A DNA stretch of 64,000 bases from Candidatus Hydrogenedentota bacterium. Lineage in GTDB: Bacteria; Hydrogenedentota; Hydrogenedentia; Hydrogenedentales; SLHB01. Of this stretch, positions 50,129 to 60,118 are shown in pieces; within the stretch, counting starts at the first letter, position 1; every line of letters starts with the position of its first letter. Under the pieces are notes generated by a model. It saw only the letters and a program-made list of their open reading frames with translations. It was not told the origin of the DNA and made no database searches. The stretch spans positions 1 through 64,000 of the forward strand of contig BTWA01000030.1 in NCBI GenBank assembly GCA_045863295.1. Direction: 5' to 3'. Both the position numbers and the translations under genes were made by a program.

Positions 50129-50457
50129 CAAGAGAATTAGGCAGTTAGAGTTGGCCTGCTCGTCCTGTGTAACCTGGACTTGGTACATGTTGCCCAGCAC
50201 AGCGAACCAGGACCCTGCCGTCAGGCAGCGCATCGCTACCGAAAATATATACCCGAAACGTTCGTGTTTCCGGCGAAACCCTTGCGAGATCCGGACCGGC
50301 GAGCAGGAGCTACAACTCCTTGCTAATACTCATCTTAAGTCATGTCGCACGAACCAATTCACGCCGTAGCCACGCGTCGCAGCGGCATGACCTCCCTTCG
50401 CGATCAGCTCACACGCATCGCGAAAAAAGCGGGCTAAACAGAAGAATCCGTCGGAAG

Positions 50458-50487
50458 ATCGTACAAAAAAAGCGTTTCAAGTGTCAA
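50458..50487 (-). promoter_or_regulatory. Candidate sigma70 promoter of gltBD
   Basis: TTGACA-18 nt-TACGAT on the minus strand. Confidence 0.6.
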
Positions 50488-50861
50488 ATGCTCCCGCAGG
50501 CATGCGCATCGGCATCCGGTCCGAAAATCGGAGGGCGGAGGCGGGAGGCCGCGCGGGGGGCTGGTGTCAGGGAATGGTCACCCGTACGTGGGTAACAACC
50601 GGCGAAGCCCATGGCACAAGACCAGCAGTAGAAAGGTCAATTGCCGGATGGGCACAGCCCAGGCCGGTTCCCAAGAGGCATCCGAGAATTGCCGTGTCGC
50701 GCATGAGTTGGCACTCCGATGATTCCATGCTTAGTTCATCTTGGCGAGAACGTTGCCCGAATCGTAGGGGCTGACGCCTGGTTGATTCGCAAGTCGGACC
50801 GGGGCACACTCCAAAGGCACATTGGACCGCAAATTGAATCAGGGCGAAGCAAGGAGGTCCC

Positions 50862-51452
50862 ATGATGGGTTGGTCACGGTCGCTTGCGGTGGCGGTTGCG
50901 CTCGCCTTGCTGTCTACGTCCGGCTGCTCCAAATCCTTGGAGCCCAGTGGCTCGAACCGCATTCCCGTTCAGTTTTCGGGGGGTTACGAAACCGAACCCG
51001 TGGACAAGGGCCGCCCCGTGAAACTCATCGCCTCGGCGCTGGGCGTTGCGTCGGAGGTGTTTCGTGATGCCTTCAGCCGGGTGAACCCCGCGCCGGCCTT
51101 CTCCGTGCCTGGCCCGGAGCGCGTGCATGACAACAAGGCCGTTCTCATGCAGGCCCTCGGCCCCTACGGCATCACCAACGACCGCCTCGACGAAGTCTCC
51201 AACTTCTACCGGTACAACCGCAGCCTCGGCCAGATGTGGCGCCATGAAGACGCCGAGGCCTACGCCATCGTGCAGGATGGAGCGCTCGACCACATCGAAA
51301 TGGCCAACCCCGGTTACGGCTACAACACCACTCCCACCGCCACCGTGCCCGGCTACGAGACCACGGCTCTCATCGTCGAAATGGCCTACGGCCCCGATTT
51401 CGACACCAACGGATCGGTGGCAAGCATCAAAGTGCAGTTTAGCGCACCGTAA
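50862..51452 (+). CDS. Hypothetical lipoprotein
   Basis: SD AAGGAGG, LLSTSGC lipobox-like sequence, strong GC3 codon bias. Confidence 0.75.
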   Translation: MMGWSRSLAVAVALALLSTSGCSKSLEPSGSNRIPVQFSGGYETEPVDKGRPVKLIASALGVASEVFRDAFSRVNPAPAFSVPGPERVHDNKAVLMQALGPYGITNDRLDEVSNFYRYNRSLGQMWRHEDAEAYAIVQDGALDHIEMANPGYGYNTTPTATVPGYETTALIVEMAYGPDFDTNGSVASIKVQFSAP

Positions 51453-51491
51453 GCGAGGCCAAGGCGGCGAATGCCAGCCTGCACTCATCCA

Positions 51492-51572
51492 GGCCTGAAA
51501 GGCCGCAACACGATAGCCCAGGGCATCGCCCTGGGTAGTGGGCATGTAAGATAGCGTTAGCCCTGTAAGGGC
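51492..51572. repeat. REP-like hairpin cluster
   Basis: GGCCTGAAAGGCC, CCCAGGGC-atc-GCCCTGGG, GCCCTGTAAGGGC. Confidence 0.6.
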
Positions 51573-51690
51573 GACACAACATGCTCCACGCGAGTACACA
51601 CGCCTTTTGCCCGCAGTTAATCTGAGCAACGTGTTCCAGCCGCGCCAGATGTCACAAGCCGGCCACGGCATCGATTCAGAGTCTGCGCAA

Positions 51691-51719
51691 TTGACACCTG
51701 ATACGTTACAGGTTACAAT
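51691..51719 (+). promoter_or_regulatory. sigma70 promoter of the toxin-antitoxin operon with internal palindrome
   Basis: TTGACA-17 nt-TACAAT; ACCTG-N8-CAGGT at 51696-51713. Confidence 0.8.
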
Positions 51720-51724
51720 ATCAT

Positions 51725-52003
51725 GTGATTCGAGGCTTCAAACATAAAGGGCTGCAGCGCTTTTTTGTGGACGGATCCACTGCAGGGATCCAACCGAAAG
51801 ACGCGAAGCGAATACGGCTGATACTTGCGCGCTTGGCGGCCTCGAACTCACCCAGGGATATGAACCTCCCTGGGCTGCACCTGCATCAACTCACCGGCGG
51901 GAGGGAAGGCACTTGGTCGGTTCGCGTGAGCGGAAATTGGCGCATTACATTCCGCTTCGATGGCGAAGACGCCACGGACGTCAATTATGAGGACTATCAC
52001 TGA
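51725..52003 (+). CDS. higB: HigB (RelE/ParE family) toxin
   Basis: MIRGFKHKGLQRFF, LHQLTG, WSVRVSGNWRITFRF, YEDYH. Confidence 0.92.
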   Translation: MIRGFKHKGLQRFFVDGSTAGIQPKDAKRIRLILARLAASNSPRDMNLPGLHLHQLTGGREGTWSVRVSGNWRITFRFDGEDATDVNYEDYH

Positions 52004-52291
52004 ATGGGCAATCTGACCATGCACAATCCCCCGCATCCGGGCGAAGTGCTGAAGGATCTGTGCTTGGAGCCGCTGGGCCTCAGCATCACCGCCGCTGCCA
52101 AATCCTTGGGAGTAAGCCGCAAGACCTTGTCCGCAGTGGTCAACGGCCATGCCGGGATCAGTCCCGAGATGGCAATCCGCCTCTCCATGGCCTTCGACAC
52201 CACGCCGGAAAGCTGGCTTACTCAGCAGATGCAATACGACCTCTGGCACACAAAACAGCACACAAAACTAAAGGTCAAGCGCATCGCTTAA
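52004..52291 (+). CDS. higA: HigA antitoxin (HTH)
   Basis: [39 protein letters not shown]; start 52004 or 52019. Confidence 0.92.
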   Translation: MGNLTMHNPPHPGEVLKDLCLEPLGLSITAAAKSLGVSRKTLSAVVNGHAGISPEMAIRLSMAFDTTPESWLTQQMQYDLWHTKQHTKLKVKRIA

Positions 52292-52407
52292 CGCCCGCCA
52301 AAGCGCAGCCCCCGCCCGGGACCCCGGCGGGGTCGTCCTATCACTATTTCGCGGTAGGGTGTACGGCGCCCATCAAAACGCGACCAACGCGGCACCTTTT
52401 GCGCTTT

Positions 52408-52530
52408 GCCCGAAGAGCTTACATACCCACAGCCCAAGGTTGCCCGCCGCAGTGGGCCAACGTGCGACGGAAGCGAGTCTATCCTAGGCTGAGGGTGTCA
52501 ACCCTCAGCCATTTTCCCTGAAAGGGCTGC
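52408..52530. repeat. REP-like hairpin cluster (degenerate)
   Basis: GCCCGAAGAGC, AGCCCAAGG, GGCTGAGGGT-gtca-ACCCTCAGCC, CCCTGAAAGGGC. Confidence 0.5.
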
Positions 52531-52563
52531 ATACCAAGCCCGATCACCAGCCCGCACACCACC

Positions 52564-52606
52564 AAAAGCAAAGCGGGCCGGGGATTCCCTGGAATCTCCG
52601 GCCCGC
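52564..52606 (-). terminator. Intrinsic terminator downstream of icd
   Basis: GCGGGCCGG.../...CCGGCCCGC stem followed by TTTGCTTTT on the minus strand; a second hairpin at 52627-52669. Confidence 0.65.
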
Positions 52607-52670
52607 ATTCGTTTCTTTTTGGAAGGTTCGGAAACCCTTTCTCTTTTCGCAAAGAAAAAGGTTTCCGAAA

Positions 52671-54107
52671 TCACGCGCCCTGGTCGAGCGAATAGCCTTT
52701 CTTGCCGTCGAAGGTATAAAGGTGCTCGGTCTTAATAAAATCGAAACCGCTCTTGTCGACGTTGCTCAGCAGTGCGACGACATCGCTGTGTTTCACCGCT
52801 GCGCCTTCAAAGCGGCAGCGCCAGTGTTCGGAAATGAACGTTTCCGGGGCACCGTCGGGCCATACTTTCTGGCCGCGGTTGCTGATGGCGCCGAGTTTCA
52901 ACGCGTCCGTGCCGCACTTGGACAGGGCCGCGCCAAGCTCGTCCGGCGATCCCTTGGTCCAATCCAGGAACACGTCCACGCCGACCAATTCCTTCTTGGC
53001 GGGGGTGCGCACGCCGGCGTCGTACTTCTTGTGCTTGCCGGCTTCGCCGTACTTCACGGCGGGCAGCGTGTCGGGCGATTGGCCCGCGCGCTTGCCCACG
53101 GCCTCTGCAAATTCCTTCGTGCCCACCTTCTGCTTGCTCACCTTCTCGTCGAAGATGTCGTAGGTGTGAATGCCTTCCTCTATGGTCTTCAGCCATGCGT
53201 TGTGCACGCGCTCGGCGGCCCGGGGCTGGCCCAGGTGCACCAGCATCATCACCGCGCCCAACAGGAGGCCGCTGGGATTGGCCAAGTTCTGGCCGGCGCG
53301 GCGCGGGGCCGACCCGTGAATGGCCTCGAACATGGCGTATTCATCGCCCACGTTGGCCGATCCCGCCAGCCCCACGGAACCCGCGATCTGCGCGGCCACG
53401 TCGGAAAGGATATCACCGTAGAGATTCGGCATGACGACCACATCAAACGCGCCCGGCGTGTCCGCCAGCTTCGCGGCCCCGATGTCCACGATCCAGTGCT
53501 CATTCTCGATCTGCGGGTATTCCTTGGCGATCTCGTCGAACACCTGGTGAAAGAGGCCGTCCGTGAACTTCATGATGTTGTCTTTCGTGAAGCAGGTGAC
53601 CTTCTTGCGGTTGTTGGTGACCGCGTATTCAAAGGCGTAGCGCACTATCTTCTCGCAGCCCGGCCGCGTGATGAGCTTGAGGCATTGCATCACGTTTTCG
53701 GTCTGGCGGTGTTCAATGCCCGCATACAGATCTTCCTCGTTCTCACGGACAATGACCACATCCATCTTCGGGTGTTTCGTACGAATGAAGGGCGCGTAGG
53801 CCACACAGGGGCGCACATTCGCATAGAGGCCGAAGGCCTTGCGGGTGGTCACGTTAAGGCTCTTGTACCCGCCGCCCTGGGGCGTGGTGATGGGGGCCTT
53901 CAAAAAGACCTTCGTGCGCCGGAGCGATTCCCACGCCTCCGGCCCGATGCCCGAAGTCAGGCCTTTCAGATACTGCTGTTCGCCGATCTCGATGGTTTCG
54001 ATGTCCAGTTCCGCGCCCGCCGCCTCCAGAATGTGCAGCGTCGCATTCATGATCTCCGGCCCGATGCCGTCGCCGTGGGCCACTGTAATGGGAGTCTTAC
54101 CAGCCAT
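52671..54107 (-). CDS. icd: NADP-dependent isocitrate dehydrogenase
   Basis: ITVAHGDGIGPE, KAPITTPQGGGYKSLNV, RENEEDLY, NLYGDILSD, FEAIHGSAP; start MAGKT. Confidence 0.95.
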   Translation of the reverse strand: MAGKTPITVAHGDGIGPEIMNATLHILEAAGAELDIETIEIGEQQYLKGLTSGIGPEAWESLRRTKVFLKAPITTPQGGGYKSLNVTTRKAFGLYANVRPCVAYAPFIRTKHPKMDVVIVRENEEDLYAGIEHRQTENVMQCLKLITRPGCEKIVRYAFEYAVTNNRKKVTCFTKDNIMKFTDGLFHQVFDEIAKEYPQIENEHWIVDIGAAKLADTPGAFDVVVMPNLYGDILSDVAAQIAGSVGLAGSANVGDEYAMFEAIHGSAPRRAGQNLANPSGLLLGAVMMLVHLGQPRAAERVHNAWLKTIEEGIHTYDIFDEKVSKQKVGTKEFAEAVGKRAGQSPDTLPAVKYGEAGKHKKYDAGVRTPAKKELVGVDVFLDWTKGSPDELGAALSKCGTDALKLGAISNRGQKVWPDGAPETFISEHWRCRFEGAAVKHSDVVALLSNVDKSGFDFIKTEHLYTFDGKKGYSLDQGA

Positions 54108-54294
54108 TGGACACACTATCCCTTCTCGCGTTGTTTCCGGGTGTGGAAAAAAGAAAACCGCTCCGGAGTGCCCGCACTCCGGATCCGCCCAAGGCTGCCC
54201 CTTCGGCCACGGGGCCAAGACAGCCGCCAAGTATTTTAGAGAATGACGGCGGCGGGATGCAAAGGTTTTCGGGTGTGCAGCCGTTGAGGTCAGG

Positions 54295-54516
54295 TCAATC
54301 CGAGCGGGCGTCCCATTCCAGTCCAAAACCGACGAACAGGCCCACCAGGAATATGGCTGCGGCCGTGAGCAAGGCAAGGCCGGAGTGGGGAATAATCCAG
54401 AAGGCAAACACGGCAAGGGCAAAAGAGACGAGGAGCGAGACGGTGGCGCGCCAGTGATAGACGGCAAGTGCCCCACTTGCGACGGCGTCGAACACGTTGA
54501 CGAGCAATCCGATCAT
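54295..54516 (-). CDS. Small hydrophobic membrane protein
   Basis: 73 aa with 2-3 hydrophobic helices, co-oriented with the sigma/anti-sigma pair. Confidence 0.55.
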   Translation of the reverse strand: MIGLLVNVFDAVASGALAVYHWRATVSLLVSFALAVFAFWIIPHSGLALLTAAAIFLVGLFVGFGLEWDARSD

Positions 54517-54537
54517 GATGGAAACCCTTCGGGTTTT

Positions 54538-55491
54538 CTAGGGCGCTCCCGGCGCCGCTTCCGCCACGTCCATCGCCATGACATGGCCGTCCATGAAGAG
54601 TACGTTGTTCTTTTTGACCGTACGGGCGTCGATCACGGTGGGAGCGTTGAACACCACAGGGATTTCCGCCCGCGGCGTTGCGCCGGGAACAGTGGTATCG
54701 GTGATAAAAAACCGTTCAATGCTTTGTCTCAAACGCGGGTACACCGCGCCGTCCACGACAAGATCCTGGTCGTATTGTTCAGGCGCGAGACCGGCGATTT
54801 GCGTGTGCAGGTCGTGCGGACCCTTTACAGGGTCGAGCGCCCAGCCTGAATAGGCATAGCTGCGCGCGGCCAATTCGGTGAGTCTCTTCCAATCAATGGG
54901 ATCCGTCGAGGCGACAGATTGCATCTCCGAAAGCACGGCATCGGCATCGGGCAAGCTCGGACTGACCAGCATCGCGAGGTCGGTCAGGTACTTGGGGTAC
55001 ACGGCCTCCAGTTTGAACATCCACAGGCCACTGTATGGTGTCAGCGGAGGATATAAACCGCGCGGCGCTTCGTTAGCGTACATCTGTAACATCATGGCGA
55101 GTTGTTTCATGTTGCCCTGGTCGGCCGCGCGGCGGGCTGACTCCCGACTGCGGGCAATGGCGGGCACAAGCGCAATGAGAACGACGCACGCCGCAACGGC
55201 CGCGCCCGCGTAGGGCCACCAGCGTTTCCACAGCGGCTTGCGGGGAAAGACCAGCACCTTCTGGTTATCGATAGCGTCCATGACCACTCGGGTCAAGTCG
55301 TGCGCCGGGGGTGTATTCGTCAACACGTCGAGTTGGGCAAGGCGCTGTTGCTCCAGGCTGAGCGCTTCTTTCCATTCCGTCGAGCCGGCCAAGCGCGCCT
55401 CGACCACCGACCGATCGTCCGGATCAATCGTGTCCAGGCAATACCCGCGCAGCAGTTCGCGCGCGTTTTCGTCGATGGGTCCGCCTGTCAT
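54538..55491 (-). CDS. Putative anti-sigma factor fused to DUF1559/pilin-like (H-X9-DG-type) domain
   Basis: ELLRGYCLDTI...VEARL N-domain, TM, VPAIARSRESARRAADQGNMKQL...MYANE, NVLFMDGHV; ATGA overlap with the sigma gene. Confidence 0.75.
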   Translation of the reverse strand: MTGGPIDENARELLRGYCLDTIDPDDRSVVEARLAGSTEWKEALSLEQQRLAQLDVLTNTPPAHDLTRVVMDAIDNQKVLVFPRKPLWKRWWPYAGAAVAACVVLIALVPAIARSRESARRAADQGNMKQLAMMLQMYANEAPRGLYPPLTPYSGLWMFKLEAVYPKYLTDLAMLVSPSLPDADAVLSEMQSVASTDPIDWKRLTELAARSYAYSGWALDPVKGPHDLHTQIAGLAPEQYDQDLVVDGAVYPRLRQSIERFFITDTTVPGATPRAEIPVVFNAPTVIDARTVKKNNVLFMDGHVMAMDVAEAAPGAP

Positions 55492-56105
55492 GGCGTTTCC
55501 TTCAAAGCGTCGAGTAACTCGTGCACCGCCTTGTTCATGCGCGACTTCACGGTGCCCACGGGAATGTCCAGCACCTCCGCGATTTCGCTGTACGGCAATC
55601 CTTCGTAGCGGGAAAGCAGAAACACCGCGCGGTGAATCTCCGACAGCCCCGCCACGGCCTTTTCCAGCCGTTCCACGTTTTCGCGCGAGGCCAACAGCGA
55701 CGACGGCGAGGGCAGCGACGCCGCGAGGGTATCCAGCAGGCTTGGGCGTGCGCCGTCTTCGTCGTCCAGCGAAACCTGTGGGCGCCGGCGTTTATGACGC
55801 AGGAAGTCGCGGGCCGTGTTCGTGGCAATTCGGTAGAGCCACGGTTTGAACGGCCGGCCTTCCTGAAACCGGTTCAAATGGGAGTAGACCTTCAAAAATG
55901 TCTCCTGAAACACGTCTTCGGCGTCTGTGGGGTCGCCCGTCATCCGCCGCAGATAGTTGTACAGCGGCCGTTCATAGCGCTTGACCAACTTTTCAAACGC
56001 CCACCGGTCGCCCTGGCGCGCCTGCGTCACCAGGAACTCGTCACCGGGTTCCGGCGCACCGGCGGCTTTATCAAAATACGTTCCCAACACCGACAAGGTT
56101 CGCAC
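55488..56105 (-). CDS. ECF sigma-70 family sigma factor
   Basis: GDRWAFEKLV, DAEDVFQETF, FKPWLYRIATN, YSEIAEVLDIPVGTVKSR. Confidence 0.93.
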   Translation of the reverse strand: MRTLSVLGTYFDKAAGAPEPGDEFLVTQARQGDRWAFEKLVKRYERPLYNYLRRMTGDPTDAEDVFQETFLKVYSHLNRFQEGRPFKPWLYRIATNTARDFLRHKRRRPQVSLDDEDGARPSLLDTLAASLPSPSSLLASRENVERLEKAVAGLSEIHRAVFLLSRYEGLPYSEIAEVLDIPVGTVKSRMNKAVHELLDALKETP

Positions 56106-56315
56106 ACTCCGTGGCAGCTATTACGCCAGTATAGCGCAGAATGGGGGAATGGCGAAGGCGATATTGGAGCGGCTTCCCCTGAAACACGGCCGGAATTCCA
56201 GTCAACCTGACTTTACAGGATCCAGCCTTCATGTTATCATGGTTCATTAGTAGGGTAATTCAACTTCACACGCCTTCTCCATGTCTTCCATCATGGGTCA
56301 GGCGGGAGAATCGAC

Positions 56316-58190
56316 ATGACTACACCCTTGCCAATTTCTTCCTACACCCGGTTGTTCCGGCGGATCTGCCTGCTTTCCTTTCACGTTTGTCTCCCTCCTC
56401 TGGCTATCTCCGTTGCTCAATCCAACGGACAACCCGAGGGGGATCATTCCGTCATTTTCGAAGGCGCGGTGTACATGCCGGACGGATCTCCCGCATCAGG
56501 GGCGAAAATCACCTGCATCAATTCACAACTGCATATGGTCGGTGGCTTCACTTACGATCCACCTGAATACTCCGAAACTGACGCGGACGGTTTCTATTTC
56601 ATACAAACCCAATCGGAGTGGGGCGCGCTGGTGCGCGCGGAAAAAGATGGCCTGTGCGCGATCACGATGCATAATGCGCGAGCGGTCAGCACACCAGCCA
56701 ATACCCAGTTGGTGCTTCAGCCTGTGGGATATGTCGCGGGAAGGGTCATGAACGACACGGGCGCTCCAGTCCAGGGGGCGACAATCAAACCTTACATGAA
56801 CGGATTGGATCAGGTGGGAAAAGCATACGAAGACTTGTTTGCCACGCAAACGAATGCCGAAGGCCAATTCCGGATTGAAGGTTTGCCGCTGGGTGAATGG
56901 AGTTTGTACGTAAACGCGAAGGGATTCGAACTCGGACTGGCTGAGAACATTCCAATCAACACCGAAGGTTTTCAGATTGGGTTGAAATCCATACCTACCT
57001 TCCGCGCGCGAATCATCTCCGCGGACACTGGCGAAACCGTACCCGGCGTGGAACTCGTGGCAAGCACCCCCGGCATTCCTCGTATTCAGGTCGTGAGTAC
57101 CAGCGACGCGGATGGATTCGTATCTTTTGAAAGCCTTCCTGCCGGCGAAGTCACCGTTATGAGCAACTCGGATGATTATGTGCTCGACGACTACAACGGA
57201 AAGCTCACGATTCCGGGTGGTGAAAAGCGAACCGAGCCTGTGGAGTTGCGTGTAAAGAAGGCTGGAACCATTCGAGGTACGCTACGAGAGTACTTTTCCA
57301 AGAAGCCTATCGAAGGTGTGCGCATCGGTCGGCGCAGCCATGTGCGAAGCGCCATGGTTCGCCCCGCATTCACAGGCGCCGAGGGTACCTTTGAACTAAA
57401 GGGCGTACCACCCGGTCAGTGCGGCGTACATACGACGAACGCAGTTCGTGGACTGCTTCCCCTGAATACCGGTTACCAATATGACAATGTTTCCGTTACG
57501 GTGGAATCTGGAAAGACGGTGGAAGGCGTTGAACTTTTTCTCGTTGGCGGAGTAACAATTGAAGGCAAAGTGACAGACCCGTCGGGCAACCCCGTGGCGA
57601 ATGCTATCGTATACGGCCAAGCCGAACCCGAACCGCTTGCGGGAAATCAGCCTCCGGGCCGCAACGACCCACCACATACTTTGACACCGGACTGGGACGA
57701 CCATGTACGAACAGATGGGTCCGGGCGGTACACGCTTCTGGGCTGCCCTACGGGCAAAAGGATCTTTGTGCAAGCCATCAGTGCCAAAGCATCGACGAGT
57801 GCGCGTATCCCACTGGAAATCGAGAGGGATGGATTACACGACGTCGTTTTGATCTTAAGCCTGCCTGTGACTGCCCGCATTACGGGCCGTGCACTGGACA
57901 AGGACGGGAAGCCTGTAAGGGCGGTGATTCGCTACAACATGGAAATACCCGATTACGATCGTGAGACGGAACGGGTCTACGACCAAACGCGTCTGCATTT
58001 TGGAATGACCGTGACAACTGGCCAGGACGGCGTTTACGTTCTTGGAGGACTCCCTGCGGGGAACTTACAGATCAAAACCGGACTGTACAAAGATTTCCGA
58101 TCACAGCCGAACGGCGAGGGACCAAGCATAACTGTCTCCGAAGGGACAGTTGTTAAGAACTATGACTTGGAGATAGCAGAGACCAATTAG
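56316..58190 (+). CDS. Secreted protein with tandem carboxypeptidase-regulatory-like domains
   Basis: Repeated G-x-V...G-x-P-V-x-G-A...TDADG-x-F/Y modules. Confidence 0.8.
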   Translation: MTTPLPISSYTRLFRRICLLSFHVCLPPLAISVAQSNGQPEGDHSVIFEGAVYMPDGSPASGAKITCINSQLHMVGGFTYDPPEYSETDADGFYFIQTQSEWGALVRAEKDGLCAITMHNARAVSTPANTQLVLQPVGYVAGRVMNDTGAPVQGATIKPYMNGLDQVGKAYEDLFATQTNAEGQFRIEGLPLGEWSLYVNAKGFELGLAENIPINTEGFQIGLKSIPTFRARIISADTGETVPGVELVASTPGIPRIQVVSTSDADGFVSFESLPAGEVTVMSNSDDYVLDDYNGKLTIPGGEKRTEPVELRVKKAGTIRGTLREYFSKKPIEGVRIGRRSHVRSAMVRPAFTGAEGTFELKGVPPGQCGVHTTNAVRGLLPLNTGYQYDNVSVTVESGKTVEGVELFLVGGVTIEGKVTDPSGNPVANAIVYGQAEPEPLAGNQPPGRNDPPHTLTPDWDDHVRTDGSGRYTLLGCPTGKRIFVQAISAKASTSARIPLEIERDGLHDVVLILSLPVTARITGRALDKDGKPVRAVIRYNMEIPDYDRETERVYDQTRLHFGMTVTTGQDGVYVLGGLPAGNLQIKTGLYKDFRSQPNGEGPSITVSEGTVVKNYDLEIAETN

Positions 58191-58286
58191 TTTCGGTTGA
58201 ACGCTTACACAGTCCTGGATACAGCAATAGCCGTCCGGCTTGACACACTTTTCGAGCCGGACGGCTTTAGAATCTGATGCTTCGCC

Positions 58287-59291
58287 CTACAGCCGTTCCG
58301 CAATCTGCACGGCGTTCAGCGCGGCGCCTTTGAGGATGTTGTCGGAGACGATCCACATGTCCAGTGCGCTGGGATGGGAGACGTCTTCGCGGATTCGGCC
58401 CACGAAGGTCTCGCCTTTGCCGGCGGCATCGCGCGCGAGGGGATACACTTGCTTGGCGGGATCGTCCTGCACGATGACGCCTTCGGCCTTGGACAAGATG
58501 TCGCGGGCCTGTTGGGCGGTGAGTTTCTTTTCCGTTTCCACGTTGACCGATTCGCTATGGCCGGAGAACACCGGAACGCGCACGGTGGTGGCCGTCACGC
58601 GAATGGAGTTGTCGCCCATGATCTTCTTGGTCTCGTTGACCATTTTCATTTCTTCGGAGGTGTAGCCATTGGCCGTGAAAGCGTCACTTTGGGGAATCTG
58701 CGGTATGCAGTTAAACGCGATGGGATGCGGAAACAGGTGGCACTCCGGTTCGCGTCCTTCCAGAATGGCTTGGGCTTGCGCGCGCAACTCGTCGAGCGCC
58801 TTGATGCCCGCCCCGGAAACGGCCTGGTACGTGGATACGACGACGCGCGTGATCTTCGCGGCGTCGTGCAGCGGCTTCAACACGACGACCATCTGGATGG
58901 TGGAACAATTGGGATTCGCAATGATGCCTTTGTGCTTGGGGATGTCGTGCGCGTTAACTTCCGGCACGACGAGCGGCACTTCCGGGTCCATGCGCCACGC
59001 GCTGGAATTGTCGATCACCACGCAGCCGTCTTTCGCGGCAAAGGGGGCAAATTTCTTGCTCGTGCCGCCGCCCGCGCTGAAAAGGGCGATCTCAACGCCT
59101 TTGAACGACGTCTCCGACAACACCGAGACGGGAATGTCTTCCCCCTTGAACTTCACGGTCTTGCCCTTGGAGCGTTCCGACGCCAAGGGGATGAGATCCT
59201 TGACGGGATAGTTGCGTTGTTCGAGCATGCGCAGCATTTCGCTGCCGACCAAACCGGTGGCCCCCGCCACCGCGACGACTTTCGCGGACAT
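58287..59291 (-). CDS. asd: Aspartate-semialdehyde dehydrogenase
   Basis: VAGATGLVG, IDNSSAWRM, IIANPNCST, STYQAVSGAG, DNILKGAALN. Confidence 0.96.
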   Translation of the reverse strand: MSAKVVAVAGATGLVGSEMLRMLEQRNYPVKDLIPLASERSKGKTVKFKGEDIPVSVLSETSFKGVEIALFSAGGGTSKKFAPFAAKDGCVVIDNSSAWRMDPEVPLVVPEVNAHDIPKHKGIIANPNCSTIQMVVVLKPLHDAAKITRVVVSTYQAVSGAGIKALDELRAQAQAILEGREPECHLFPHPIAFNCIPQIPQSDAFTANGYTSEEMKMVNETKKIMGDNSIRVTATTVRVPVFSGHSESVNVETEKKLTAQQARDILSKAEGVIVQDDPAKQVYPLARDAAGKGETFVGRIREDVSHPSALDMWIVSDNILKGAALNAVQIAERL

Positions 59292-59450
59292 GACTACCCT
59301 CTTTTCCCTTTCCGTAACGTTGGAAATGGTCACGTTGCCCCGGGCACTTCGCCCGGACAAACTCCCCTGCTAAAAAAAGCGCACTTATGCGCACGGGTGT
59401 CTCATGAAACAAAAGGCATTCCAGACCCCGGCGTCAGAGACCGTCACCCC

Positions 59451-59957
59451 TCAACTATCTATCAACGCCTTCAAATCCGCGGCGCTGTGGTAACCCATCG
59501 CCTTGTGAATCTGGTCGCCTTTGAAAACCAGCAGCGTCGGGATGGACTGCACGTCGTATGCCGCCGCAAGGGCAGACGCTTTGTCCACATCCACCACGGC
59601 AACGACATGGCCTTCACGGGCCACTTTCTGCACCTCGGGCGCGGTCATCTTGCAAGGCATGCACCACGTGGCATAGAAATCCACCAGCACAGGCTTTCCA
59701 TCCGCCTTGGCGATAAGATCCTGCAACTGCTGCTCGGTTTCGATCGGCACGACTTCCGCGCCCCAGGCAATACTGCTGAATCCGCCCATGTACGCGGTGA
59801 CGCCGACATAGCCCAGCACACCGAACAACAGCGCCATGCTCGTCGGGTTCCGCAGAATCGAGGTTCCGTTGGGGTTGCCAATGAAAAACCTTGAAATGAC
59901 ATAACCAAGCGCGGCGGCTCCGAGTATCACGCCATACCGAATCAATGCTGCTGTCAC
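59451..59957 (-). CDS. Membrane-anchored thioredoxin family protein
   Basis: Two N-terminal TM segments, VDFYATWCMPC, SIPT. Confidence 0.85.
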   Translation of the reverse strand: MTAALIRYGVILGAAALGYVISRFFIGNPNGTSILRNPTSMALLFGVLGYVGVTAYMGGFSSIAWGAEVVPIETEQQLQDLIAKADGKPVLVDFYATWCMPCKMTAPEVQKVAREGHVVAVVDVDKASALAAAYDVQSIPTLLVFKGDQIHKAMGYHSAADLKALIDS

Positions 59958-60065
59958 GGTTCCATCCTCCGAATTTCACGCCGCGGTCAATGCACACGGC
60001 TGCCGGAGATCCATTCGCGCCATCCGCCGAACCGTGTGAATGCGCTTCAGTTCGACCGGTCATGA

Positions 60066-60095
60066 ACAAACACCCCCAAACCAGGTTTGGGGGTG
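60066..60095 (-). terminator. Hairpin/terminator after trxA
   Basis: CACCCCCAAACC-A-GGTTTGGGGGTG followed by TTTGTT on the minus strand. Confidence 0.55.
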
Positions 60096-60118
60096 CCGCA
60101 AAAATCTGTTTTATGTCC

